Positions 46,688 to 59,345 of a DNA stretch of 64,000 nucleotides are shown here, in pieces. The notes under the pieces are model-generated. The model was not told where the DNA came from. It did no database searches and saw only the letters and a program-made list of their open reading frames with translations. The DNA comes from Amphiscolops sp. MND2022 (taxonomy: Eukaryota): NCBI GenBank assembly GCA_964187785.1, contig OZ076409.1, positions 58,220,001 through 58,284,000 of the forward strand. Direction: 5' to 3'. The translations under genes were made by a program, and so were the position numbers. Each line of letters starts with the position of its first letter. Position 1 is the stretch's first letter.

Positions 46688-48120
46688 ATTTTTAGTCGGC
46701 GCTTTTCGAAGAAAAACGCAGACCATAGTAGTGACTTTTTTTAAGACCAACGAACTGACAGATTTTATAACTTTTATAAGTAAGCACTAACACTGCTGTC
46801 TGGCACTAACACTAAACCACACTGGCATAGAGGTTACAACTTTTTGAGGTCTGCCAAGCGGAAGGACATGGGTTCGAGTCCCACCCTTGACCAATTTTTT
46901 TTTGTGTAGATTTTTTTCGGCTTTTTGAGACTTTTTTTCGCAATTTTTTTAATGTCTCCGAAGGGTCCACCCTTCATTTTTTTCCTATTTTGCAAAAGAA
47001 TGGATGTTGAAAAACAGCCAAAGGGCCCCTTTTACATTTTTCGGTACAATGCGACTTACCAGAGACTTCAAAAAAATTCAAAAATTTTTTGGAAATTTTT
47101 TTGGGTACTGTAGAGGAGAGTACTTTACACTTTGAAGTCCTTTTGCTATTTTTGAGCCTTAGATATGGCGCCGCGATTTTTTTCCGCGCGACAACTTTTG
47201 TTTTAGCCGGCAAGGGACACAGTTCAGGCGTTCGTGGTCTAGTGGTACGATGCTTGTTTTTCAAGCCAAAGGTTTTGTGTTCGAACCGGTGCGTTTGCGC
47301 TGGTTTTTTTACAAGCATTCTGAAGCAAAAGAGTTCCCCTTTTCACCTTTTTCGGCACTTCGAGACTTCCCCGTTTCGGCTTTGAGACATTTTCCAAAAA
47401 TTTTTCAATGTCCCTGAAGGGTCCCCTTCATTTTTTGATCTTTCGCAACAGAATGGAGGTTTAAAAATCCCAAAGGGTCCCCTCTTTCAGATTTATCGGC
47501 ACTATGAGACTGTTCAAAATTCTCAAGTTTTGTTTTCCGGAAATATTTAAAGTCTCCAAAGGGTCCCCATTTTTTGATATTTTGCAACAGAATATGTTGA
47601 AAAATCTCAAAGCGCCCCCATTTTTATAGTTTTAGGCATTGTGAGATTTTCAAGATGAATATTTTTCGTCCTAAAATTAGGTTTTCCCAGGCCCAGCACG
47701 CTATATGCGAATTTTGTTTTTTTTAAAGACCGGCGTTTTTTCTAAACTTTTTAAAAATTTATTTTCATTGAAGCCCCCCTCAATTTTTACTAGAAGCGAA
47801 ACTTTTTGCGAGCATAAAGTACTCTTAGGGTTTTCGGCACTATGCGACTTACCGGAGGCCTTCATCAAAAATCGAAAAAAATTGAAAATTTTTTCCCTAA
47901 TTCTTCGTTTTTTGCAAGGTTTTCGGTTGAGTAAAGTGGGCTTTTCGGTGTTTCCAATTGGGGTAGAATGGTTTTCGAATCTTATGCGTATCCTTTCAGG
48001 CATTTTTTGTCGCTGTAAAATTGATGAAATTCTAACAATAGTGTCCTATGCATATTTTAAACAAAACTACTTTTTTGAACCTTGAGAAGGGCGCCGACTT
48101 AGTCCCTTCATGGTTTGTTT
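46688..48120 (+). mobile_element. Nested/adjacent HINE family B copies containing tRNA-like segments
   Basis: TTTTTAGTCGGCGC at ~46688; 3' blocks at ~47155 and ~48090. Confidence 0.7.
47227..47300 (+). pseudogene. tRNA-derived sequence (A and B boxes) inside a repeat; not a functional tRNA
   Basis: TGGTCTAGTGG (A box) and GTTCGAACC (B box). Cloverleaf stems are poor. Confidence 0.4.
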
Positions 48121-49140
48121 TAAATTGATCAAGTAGAAAAATTGTCCGACTCCATAGCCCTTGGTTCTCCGTTATGATATTGCGCATTTGGTTTTCTCTT
48201 CAAAAGTTCGCAACTTCGCAAGTGTTTGCGAAGCACGGCTTCGTCTCATGTCAATTTTCTTTTCAAAAACGTTAAGTAGATAAAAGTTTCATTTTTCAAG
48301 TCTGTGGATTGTCATCCACGGAAATATGCGAATACCCACGGAGAAGTTTGGAGTCCCCCAACAAGATTTCTCAGTAGCGGAATTTTTGTTATTGAACTCT
48401 GGATTGTTGAACTGACGAAAAGTGCCTAAAATGGTCGAAGTGTTACATTTTTAAGCAATGTCGCTTTTTCGTGCGTTTGTGATATTAAAAAGTTGCCTTA
48501 GGTATTTTCTCAAGACGATTTACTGGAAATCTGAATTTTTTGTCTTCGAACTCTGTCAAAAACAGAACTACCGAGAATTTTTTTTTAAATGTAAGATTGT
48601 TGTACACGGTCAAAAGGGATTAACTTTTGCTGGAATGTTGAGGCTTTTTCAACAAAGTTACTAAAATGATCATACCTTCAATGTTTTGACATTTTTTTGC
48701 GATTTAGAAGGAATTGCAGGGTTATTTTTGGCACTATGCTACTTTTGATACGTTTTCTACAATGGTCTCCTTTTACCTATTATAATTTCAACTGTGTCCA
48801 GAGTGTCCTTTTTTCGGCACTGTGACATACACAAGATTTCTGAATAGTTGTCCCTGAACATTGCATAAACCGCTTTTTTGAGCCTTAAGCGTGAGCTGTT
48901 CTTGGCTTGTCTGAAGACATACTTTCATTGTATGCTAACTTTTCTTCTTCGCCAATTTGAGTTTTTCTAAAAATTAGCAGTTTTATTTTGTAGTTTTCAA
49001 AATAACTTTTTCAGTTATAAATTGTTTTTCGTAGGTTTTTCAACTCCTAATCTTTTGATAATTTTTCAATAATACTTCCTTCAAATTTGTACGTAGCATT
49101 CTGGTGTAACAATGGGTTTTGGTTGGCGCTTGTTATTCAA

Positions 49141-50050
49141 AAAACAAGCCGGGACCGGCCCAAGTCGGTGCCATATCCAAGGCTCAAAAATAGCAAAAAG
49201 ACTTCCAAGTGTCAAGTATTCTCTTTTACAGTACTCGAAAAAATTACATACTCAAGAAATGGACCGAGTGGCGCGCTGAAAGGGGGACACTTCCGAAATT
49301 GTCAACATTTTTGTCGCAGTTGAGGGGGTTTTGTCGCAAAACATCAAAAAATTGAAGGGGGAAAAATTTTTATTTTCGGAAAAAAATCTCACAGTGCCGA
49401 AAAAAAAACTGAAAAGGGGGACCCTTTGGGATTTTCCAACATCCATTCTGTCGCAAAACGGCAAAAAAATTGAAGGGGGACCCTTTGAGGAAAAAAATTC
49501 CCGGAAAAAAAGTCTCGCAGTGCCGAAAAAAACTGAAAGGGGGGACCCTTTGGTCTCGTCGGGTATGGTATGTTACGCGGGAAAACAGGAAAAACCTTTT
49601 TGGTCCAGTTCGCTAGACCAAATAGTGCAATTTGGTGCAATAATATTTTGTAGAACTTTTGTAGAACTATTTTGGTCAGTTCGTGTGGATTGAAAAAAAA
49701 AGAAAAGCCACTATAATAGTTGCGTTTCACTTCATGAAGCGCCGACTAATAACATACTTTTATATTGACTAATTTTTCTCAACTCACTTTGAAGCGTTCT
49801 TTTTTAGTCGGCGCTTCATGAAGTGAAACGCAACTATACTTTTTTACTAGTGACTTTTCAATCCACACGAACTGACCAAAATAGTTCTACAAAGTTCTAC
49901 GAAACTTTAAATGTCAGATAGGGCCCAAGGAACTGAAATGTAAATGTTGTTCCTTTTTTCAGCGTAACATACAATAGCGGGCAAGACGTCTCATTGTGCC
50001 GAAAAATTCAAAAGGGGAGAACCTTTGGGCTTTTTGAAAGTTCAGTTTGC
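49141..50050. mobile_element. Head-to-head HINE family B pair (49141-49750 -, ~49800-50000 + truncated)
   Basis: Inverted TAGTCGGCGCTTCATGAAGTGAAACGC termini ~50 bp apart. Confidence 0.72.
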
Positions 50051-52499
50051 TGTCAGTTAGAACTTATTCGAAAGCTTTTGATATGTATATTTATTATCGA
50101 ATTGACCCATTTTACGCAGTTTTGCTTTACTATTTAGTTATCTAGCAAAATCGTACTTCTCTGAATTTTCATTTCACGTGATTTTATTGGTATTGGTCTC
50201 GTTCGTGAGTGAACTACTTTGAATTGTTTTGAGTGGAGCCAATTTCTGTCATTTTGTTTCGTTTCCGCGAACAGTTGATCGATAGTAACTAGGAATGTTA
50301 TCTCTATGCGAAGTTAGCTTTCTCCGAAATCAGTGTATGTAGATTGAATCAAGTGAATTTCTAATTTGTTAATTTCATGGGGTATGATTTCTATCCTGCT
50401 CAGATCGCTTCTAGCATATGATGTAAAAATCTCGTTTTAGAGTTCTCAGTAGTCTTATATTTTTGCTCCCTGTGAGTATCGGAGGCTTCTGGGCCAGTAA
50501 AGTCGGGCATCGCGTTCGGGGGATCGATTGACGAAAAGTTAGTCCACCATGGGTATGGGAGGTTTTTTGGTTGCCTAAAGTCTGCTTCAGTTTCAAAGCG
50601 TATTGAATTTCTTCGAACGATTTTCGATTGTTTGGTTAGATTTTAATGACTCTGATCTTGAATTCCTGAGAAAGTTTGCTGTTCAAACAATGTTTGAAGA
50701 AAAAGTTTTCTGAAAAGTCTTTTTTTCAGCTAACACCCTTTCGGTTAGCAGTGAATTTTCTCGCTATCAAATGTCGAGAAGACAGCTCCCTCGATCGTGT
50801 GCAAAAGGATGTTGCCTATGGTAGTTATTTTAAGTCAGCGTTTGGTATTCTGAATATTATTGATCTGTAATTGCAGTAGTTTCGAAAACAAGATAATGTT
50901 ACTCATTCATTTTCAATTATTTTTGTATCCGGTACTACTTTGTAGTTTTTTGCTGACACTATTCATACGGTAAGTGTATTTTCTTGATTATCTACTGAAT
51001 AAAATTTTTCCCGGTGTATCTTAGTATTAGTATCGATTTTGCCTGTATTGTTTATTAATGTAATTGCTTCATATAAACGATGCATAACTTTATTAAATGA
51101 GCCAAAGAACTGAAAAAACCAAACCCTTGGTTCGTTTTAAGAAAATTTTCCGCTGAAAACATTTTGTCATTTCACAAAAGCTTCGTGTGAACAATGTGAG
51201 ATGCAATTTTTGGATCTTTCAATTTTCGAAAATGCTAGCTGAAGGCGAAGAGGGCTTTGATGAGCTGGAATGATATTAGTCTTTAAGTGGCGGTTTTTTG
51301 AGTTTTTAGGAAAATAAAAATCTTACCTTGTGTATTCATGGTTGTGTGACCCCAATAATCAGGAAATTCTAATCAAGACCGAACTAGGGGTGCGGAAATA
51401 ATTCTATTGTAACTGATTGCTAACATGCGCTGTAACCGGATATAGCGCAACATCTATGTAACTGAGATTCTTTGAATTTTATTTCCGTCTCATTCCCCTG
51501 TTGATGATAAATTACTTCACTGGGGTTGCGTTTAGTTCTACACTTCTAAGGGTGCGGGTGTTGAAATGTGGAATAAATTGGCTAGGAATTTGATGTAGCG
51601 TATAGTAGATGCGTGGATGCGGCTAAAGTAACAATAGAAATGGTTTGTCGGTTGAGATTTTTGTATTCATAAATTTTTGCTAGCCTTCCTCCAAAAGTGG
51701 TAGTTTTTCCTATGCTAGATTTATCCTTATTTGGCAATATTCGAATGTGCTTGCTCTCTGCTCATAGCACGTGCTCCCCTAGTTTGTTTCACTTCTAAGT
51801 TTCACGGATGTAGCGTTTATCACGGGGGACTAAACAGTTTGAAGCGCCTTTGTACCATGTGGCGTTTTAATTAGCTCAAAATTACAACTTCCATTCTAAC
51901 ATTGGTTCCTAAAACAACCATACAAGTTTGTCCGAGGCTGTTAACATGGAGCCTCAAATTACGTCACGCATCATGGTCGAATCAACGAACGTGGAACCTC
52001 TTCAGTCAGAGAGTTAGTGCTTTCATCATTTCAGTCCATGGTTAGGTCAAACGCGAGTGCATGGAAAACCCTCATGCATGGCAAGATCATAGAAAATTGC
52101 CACACCTCTTATGAATTCCCCTATTTCCTATTTTGCGTTTAACGGTGTCTTCTCTGCTCGGTATCAAGTCGAAATCTCTCAAGTTATAACCCAAGTTGAA
52201 GAACTCTCCTAGGTTAAAATCTCTTAAATTAAGGTATCGTGATTAGCTACGTTCACATACCTCAAGTGCCGTAAATACAGGAACGAAGCGGAGCGACGTG
52301 CCGTTATTTGACTAGCAGATGTTTTGACGAAGGCCAACCTGGAAGGCTGAGTCATACAACCAATGTTTTGACTAAATAATATTTAGGGGAGTTCGAACTA
52401 TGCTCGTCCAAACACCTTGAGACTTCATTAAAAATCTAACAGTTTCGCAAACCCAAGTTTTATCCGAAACAGGTGTCTGTGTCGGCAGGCCTAGTTTTT

Positions 52500-53850
52500 T
52501 TTAAAAAATGAAGTGTCAAAAGCTGATGTTCTTTGACATTTCAAGTTTTCGATTTTCCGGGTAATTCGAAACCGCCCGAAAAAAAGGTTCGACCATCGAG
52601 AATTGATAATGTCTATATAATGATAGTGTTTGCAAATCAGTCGATGTAGAAACCCAGTTAGGTTTAGATTTAGCTTTTTTATCACAGCCAGTAAAAGCGT
52701 GGGATGGTCTTCGGTAATTTTTGAAATAACGGTATCTGAATTGGCTAGTAATGTGATATCAATGTACTTGAACTTTCGTCGCCTTTCAAATAGAAATGCA
52801 ATTGCCGCTATGTGTGACGGAGTTTGTTTTTCTTCTAATCTATTACCTACGGCGATTATCTTAAAATTATAGATTGTGGTTGCAAGGTAACCCCACAGAT
52901 TTCAAACGCCCCCAACAAGGCGGCCTGATTAAGTTTGCCTGCGGCCGGTTGCATGTTTTGAAAGCATTTTTAATCAGATCATATTCAAAAATTACCCTAC
53001 CTTCATTGAACTCTTTGTTAACCTCTGCTGTATATTCTCCAATAAAAAACATTTGGTTTCGCTTCAATAAATGAAATGTTTTTGCCTGTTTATTGTTTCC
53101 TAGCTGAGCACCATAACTAATGAAAATTAATTTTCTTTTCATGGGGAAAAATTTTGCGAGAAAATGACAAGACTTACTTCAAATTGTGATTAATAATTTG
53201 TGGCTGTTTGCGGAAGCGTCTCAAATGGTATTTTGAAAGAGCACGTTGTGCTGTTGACTTATTTCCTTCGAACGTGAGATTTGTCTTGCTTACGTCAGCT
53301 GGAATAGTTGTTGCGTCGAAAGAGCTTAACACCTTACCAACGTTCTTATGCGATTTTTCGTAGAAAGGCTAAACCGCTCCAATTAGGAAGAGTGTTTCAC
53401 TGTACCGAAGAAAATTGTGCTACCGAAGAAAATTGTATCGAAGAAGACATCTTTTGCTACTTGTGGTGAAAATGTCAGCTTATTGAATAATTTTAGCAAC
53501 TACTCATCGGCAAGCCAATTGACCATTTCGAACTTTCTTTTTGATCATTAAGGGTCGGCTAAATTTGAGGTCGAATTTAATTACAGGAACAAGTGCGTGA
53601 AAAAGGTCAAAAATCCTTTTCGCTGCCATGAAGTCACATGATGTCATCAGTCATTGAATTATTGTAATGGTTCTTGTTTGTGAATTTTGCTATGTTTATC
53701 GGACATGCACTTTTCCCCGACTTTATTATTTTTTTTACTAATTGTTCTTTCTTAGTAGCAAGTCTAACTCTTACCTTTGTAACCCAGTTTGATTGTTTCG
53801 TCAATAAGCAATTGGGTTTTGACTCAAATAACTCTTCACTCACTGAGAGT
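52500..53850 (-). pseudogene. Possible decayed Mutator-like transposase
   Basis: CWGRLKSVGLPCNH resembles the SWIM finger of MULE transposases. The surrounding frames are broken. Confidence 0.3.
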
Positions 53851-53891
53851 TTTTGAAGTTAATGCAAAAGCTCATTTCACTTGTTGCATTA

Positions 53892-55492
53892 TTTTTTAGT
53901 CGGCTCATTTTAGAAGAAACTGAGCCCGACTATTACAGTGGCTAGTTTTTTTTTCGTCAGATAACAGAATGTATGCGTACTGGACACTTTTTACAGAACT
54001 ACTAAAGTACTGGATCGGCAAACGGGGAGTGCATTTAAGATAGTGCAAAGGGTCCCCCCTTTCAGTGACTCCATTTTTATCGTAAGATACAAAACCGGAC
54101 GAGACTATAGGGTCCCCCCTTTGAGTTTTTTTCGGCACTGTGCGACTTTTTTTCGAAATTTTTTTTTGTATCCAAAGGGTCCCCCCTTCGAATTTTTCGA
54201 TATTTTACAGCAAACTGAAGTTTCGAAAAGCCCAAAGGGTCTCCCCTTTCAAGTTTTTCGGCACTATGAGACTGGCTCAAAATTCTTATTCTTCGATTTT
54301 TCGTTTTTTTCGAAAATTTTTTAATGTCTCGAAAGGGTCCCCCCTTCAATTTTTAAAATATTTTGCAACATAATAGATATATAAAAATCCCAAAGGGTCC
54401 CCTCTTTTAGATTTTTCGGCACTATGAGACTGTTCAAAATTGTCATTTTTTGTCTGAAATTAGGTTTTTTCAGTATATATCCACCAATAATTTTTTTAAA
54501 AACTACCCGAAACTTGGACGTAATATGGAGTGAAGCACTATATCCGAATTTTTGACGTTATATACGAATTATATTCTGTTTTACTAAGGAGGAGGCGGAG
54601 GTTCGAAAACAAGCGCTTCCATTTGTCCCAGCACACTATATCCGATCTTTGAGACGTTACACCGCGCAACAAATAGGATTTTGAAAAAAACCCAAAGGGT
54701 CCCACCTTTTACAATATCAAGAAGTTTGAGTTTTTTGAGCCTTAGATATGGCGCCGACTTTAGACGTTCTCGTCTTGTTTCCAAGTGTAGGGGATTGTTA
54801 TCCTTTCTTAGTCTGCTCTTTATGAAATAAAATGCCACTACTGTACTTTAGTGGCTCTTCATTTTTAGTCGGCGCTTCATGAAGTGAAACGCGACTATTA
54901 GAGTGACTCTTTTCTATCCACACGAACTGACCAAAATAGTTCTTGAAAGTTCTACAAAATATTATTGCACCAAATTGCACCAATTGGCCTAGCGAACTGA
55001 ACCAAAAAGGTTTCTCCTGTTTTTCCGCGTAACATACCATACCGGGCGAGACCAAAGGGTCCCCTTCAATTTTTTGCTGTTTTGCGTCAGAATGGATGTT
55101 GGAAAATCCCAAAAGGTCCCCCATTTCAGCTTTTTCGGCACTGTGAGATTTTTTTCCGAAATAAAAATTTTCCCCCTTCAATTTTTTGCGACAGAATGGA
55201 TGTTGAAAAACCCCAAAAGATCCCCCTTTCAGTTTTTTGGCATTGTGAGACTTTTCGAAAATTTGTTTTTCTCCAAAGGGCCCCCCTTCAACTGCGACAA
55301 AAATGTTGACAATTTAGGAAGTGTCCTCCTTTTAGCGCGCCAGGGGCTGGCGCTAGCGGGCCCCGGCGCGCCACTCGGTCCACTTTTTTTGGTTTTTCGA
55401 TTTTCGAGTACTGTAAATTGACACTTGGAAGTCCTTTTGCTGTTTTTGAGCCTTAGATATGGCGCCGACTTGGGCCGGTCCCGGCTTGTTTT
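53892..55492 (+). mobile_element. Two full-length HINE family B copies (53892-54780, 54862-55492)
   Basis: Both termini and the 3' hairpins (AGACG-TTCT-CGTCT; GCCG-GTCC-CGGC) are present. Confidence 0.8.
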
Positions 55493-56632
55493 CAATCTGG
55501 TCGAAGTGATCAAAACAGTTCTCCGAAACTTCTACAACACGTCTAAAATCTAACGAAGGACAAAGATGTTCGAAAAGCCCACCTTTCATTTTTTCTACGC
55601 TTTTATTCAAATTACAAAGCTATAAAAGAATTTTCCGCTCTTTACAACTTTGGTTTTCGTGATGTTCTCAGTTTTTTCCCCAAACCTAAAGGGTCCCTTC
55701 GAATAGAAATTCACGTCTGTGAGTTCTTACAGAATGTCAGTTGACACAAATATTATTAAAAATAGTATATATTTTTTTCTGCAATTGCAGAAATTTTAAA
55801 CCCCTTTGGCAACAAATTCAACAATTGGGATGGAGCGAACCTAGTTGAATCCGCGTTCCGAGTGGAGTTCCTTATTACATCATAATTTTTAGAACTGGAA
55901 TTTTTTTGAAATCATAAACTTTTATGACCTTCTCAACCTTCAACTTGCGAGCATAAAAAAATATTTAATTGCGGGTGACTTTAGGGCTCGACATTTTGTA
56001 CTTAGATGCTTTGTTTTTAAAGACAATTCTATTTCGATTTTCAGAAAACTAATGTACTATGGGAATCCAAATAAGAGCGACCCGTGTGTAATATTTAGGA
56101 CCAAAAATCGGTAACCCCCTTTTTTATCAAGACCCCTACTAAAGTTTCATTATATATGAGCAGGTTTTGTGCGAAATAAGCTTCCGAAATACATGACGAA
56201 CAACGAGGAAGCAGTTTTGCCTAAAATACATTTTCTCGTTTATCCCCTATACACCATATACTTAATTCAAGTTTTTAGGAGCCGAAAAAAATCGACTCTT
56301 TATGCAATCGTACCTTTATTATCTGACGGTACCAAAATTGTATGACGGATCTGAGAAACAGCCAGAATTAGTTCAAAATTGACCAACAAACGGTCATTTT
56401 TGGACTTATTTGACTTTCTCAAAAACTGTCCCTACGATTCGGACGTACAAACATTCTACAGCATATTTTGGTCCTATGAGTGCAATGACATCAAAATCGT
56501 ATGGCTGGGATTTGAGATTTTGTCAAAATTAGTCCAAAAATGACCAAATGACAAAGTAGGTAATTTGTTTTTCAATATTTTTTAATTCCTTTTCTTCACC
56601 GCACATGCGGCTCTGGTTTTTACATGTAAGCG

Positions 56633-57020
56633 TTTTTTAGTCGGCGCTTTATCCTTTTAAGGAAAAATGCCCGACTATAGCAGTGACCTTTTTAGTCGGC
56701 GCTTTATCCTTCTAAGGAAAAATGCCCGACTGTATCAGTGACCTTTTTTTAGTCGGCGCTTTATCCTTTTAAGGAAAAATGCCCGACTATAGCAGTGACC
56801 TTTTTAGTCGGCGCTTTATCCTTCTAAGGAAAAATGCCCGACTGTATCAGTGACCTTTTTTTAGTCGGCGCTTTTCCATTAAGGGAAAAGTGCCCGACTA
56901 TAGCAGTGACTGTTTTTAGTCGGCCCTTTTCTAGGGAAAAGTGCCCGACACTTACAGTGGCTAGTTTTTTTTAGTCGGCGCTTTTCTAGTGAAAAGTACC
57001 CGACTCTTACAGTGGCTAGT
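56633..57020 (+). repeat. Seven tandem 55-57-bp copies of the HINE-B 5' palindromic end
   Basis: AGTCGGC at 56639, 56694, 56751, 56806, 56863, 56918 and 56973. Confidence 0.9.
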
Positions 57021-59345
57021 TTTTTTCATTTTTTTTTTCGTCAGACCACAGACCTCATCGCGTATGTACCACTTTTTACAGAAACTGATAAAACTACTCA
57101 GACTACTCAGGCCAAGTCCGGCCAATGCAAACTTAGTGCAATGGGTCCCCCTTTCATTTTTAACCTCTTTTACGTAACCTACAAAACCAGAAGAGACTAA
57201 AGGGTCTCCCCTTTCAATTTTTTTCGGCACTGTGCGACTTTTTTTCGAAAATTTAATGTCTCAAAAGAGTCCCCCTTTCAAGTTTTTTGATATTTTGCAA
57301 CAGAATATATGTTAATAAAGCCCAAAGGGTCCCCCTTTTACATTTTTCGGCACTATGCGACATTTTCTGAAAAAAAAAATCAAAAATTTCAAGTTTTTTT
57401 TTAAAAAAAGTCTTGCGCTTTTTAAGCCTTAGATATAGCGCCGACTTTAGACGTTCCCGTCTTGTGTCTTCAGACTACAATCCTCACACTGATCGGGTAA
57501 TTTTTTAGAAACAATCCTGAAACCACCTAAGGGGCCAATGCAAACTTAGTGTAAAGGGTCCCCCTTTCATTTTTAACCTCTTTTACGTAACCTACAAAAC
57601 CAGAAGAGACTAAAGGGTCTCCCCTTTCAATTTTTTTCGGCACTGTGCGACTTTTTTCGAAAATTTTTTAATGTCTCAAAAGAGTCCCCCTTTCAAGTTT
57701 TTTGATATTTTGCAACAGAATATATGTTAATAAAGCCCAAAGGGTCCCCCTTTTACATTTTTCGGCACTATGCGACATTTTCTGAAAGAAAAAAATCAAA
57801 ATTTCAAGTTTTTTTTAAAAAAAAGTCTCGCGCTTTTTGAGCCTTAGATATAGCGCCGACGTTAGACGTTCCCGTCTTGTTTTTTTTTCGTCAGACTACA
57901 ATCTCACTCTGATTGGGCCACTTTTCTTACAATCGAAACTACTAAAACTACTACCATAAGGCCAAGCCCGGTCAGCGGAAATTAGTGCAAAAGAGTCCCC
58001 CTTTCATTTTTTATCATTTTAACGTAACCTACAAAACCGGACGTGCCTAAAGGGTCCCCCTTTTGGATTTTTTGGCACTGTGCGACTTTTTTTTCGAAAA
58101 AAAATTTAATGTCTCAAAAGGGTCCCCCCTTCGAGTTTTTTCATATTTTGCAACAGAATATATGTTAATAAAGCCCAAAAGGTCCCCCCTTTTACATTTT
58201 TTGGCACTATGCGACGGTTTCTGTAAGAAAAAATTCAAAAATTTCAAGTTTTTTTTCAAAAAAAGTCTTGCGCTTTTTAAGCCTTAGATATAGCGCCGAC
58301 TTTAGACGTTCCCGTCTTGTGTCTTCAGACTACAATCCTCACACTGATCGGTCCATTTTTAGAAACAATCCTGAAACCACCTAAGGGGCCAATGCAAACT
58401 TAGTGCAAAGGGTCCCTCCTTTCATTTTTAACCTCTTTTACGTAACCTACAAAACCAGAAGAGACTAAAGGGTCTCCCCTTTCAATTTTTTTTCGGCACT
58501 GTGCGACTTTTTTCGAAAATTTTCTAATGTTTCAAAAGAGTCCCCCTTTCAAGTTTTTTGATATTTTGCAACAGAATATATGTTAATAAAGCCCAAAGGG
58601 TCCCCCCTTTCACATTTTTCGGCACTATGCGACGGTTTCCGAAGAAAAAATTCAAAAATTTCAAGTTTTTTCAAAAAAAAGTCTTTTGCGCTTTTTAAGC
58701 CTTAGATATAGCGCCGACTTTAGACGTTCCCGTCTTGTTTCTTCAGACTACAATCCTCGCACTGATCGGTCCATTTTTTAGAAACAATCCTGAAACCACC
58801 TAAGGGGCCAAGCCAAACTTAATGCAAAGGGTCCCCCTTTCATTTTTTACTTTTTCAAGGTACCTACAAAACCGGACGGGACTAAAAGAGTCTTCCCTTT
58901 CAATTTTTTTCGGCACTGTGCGACTTTTTTTCGAGAAATTTTTTGTCGCCAAAGGGTGCCCCCTCTCATATTTTATTTTTTTTTACCGCAGCCTGCAAAA
59001 CCGGACGAGACTGAAGGGTCTCCCTTCCATTTTTTTCGGCACTGTGTGACTTTTTCGATTTTTTTTCAAAAAATTGGTTGTCCAAACAATATCTCCCCTT
59101 TACAGTTTTTCGCCTGTTTACAATGGTTCTTGTCTTTTTTTTTCAGGTAGGTTTTCTTCATTTTCACTGCATCCACGAAGGTATTGTTGAATGACTGCGT
59201 TGTTTTTGACTGTTTAAATTATTTTCATTGCCTGTTTTATTTTCATTGTCATTCGTCATAAAAATTGTTTTTTTTCAGTTTTTAAAAACTTTGCGCTTTT
59301 TGAGCCTTAGATATAGCGCCGACTTTAGACGTTCCCGTCTTGTTT
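56966..59345 (+). mobile_element. HINE-B concatemer: one 5' end followed by five body+3'-end units
   Basis: GCCTTAGATATAGCGCCGAC..AGACGTTCCCGTCTTG ends at ~57465, 57880, 58320, 58740 and 59343. Confidence 0.85.

Noticed and set aside
50400..51600. Possible Penelope-like RT/GIY-YIG remnant on the minus strand
   Set aside because: Fragments such as LSYIDV and LKLKQTLGNQ are suggestive but too degraded to support without a search.
56633..57020. CRISPR-like short palindromic repeats
   Set aside because: There are no spacers; the units are the 5' end of the HINE-B transposon.
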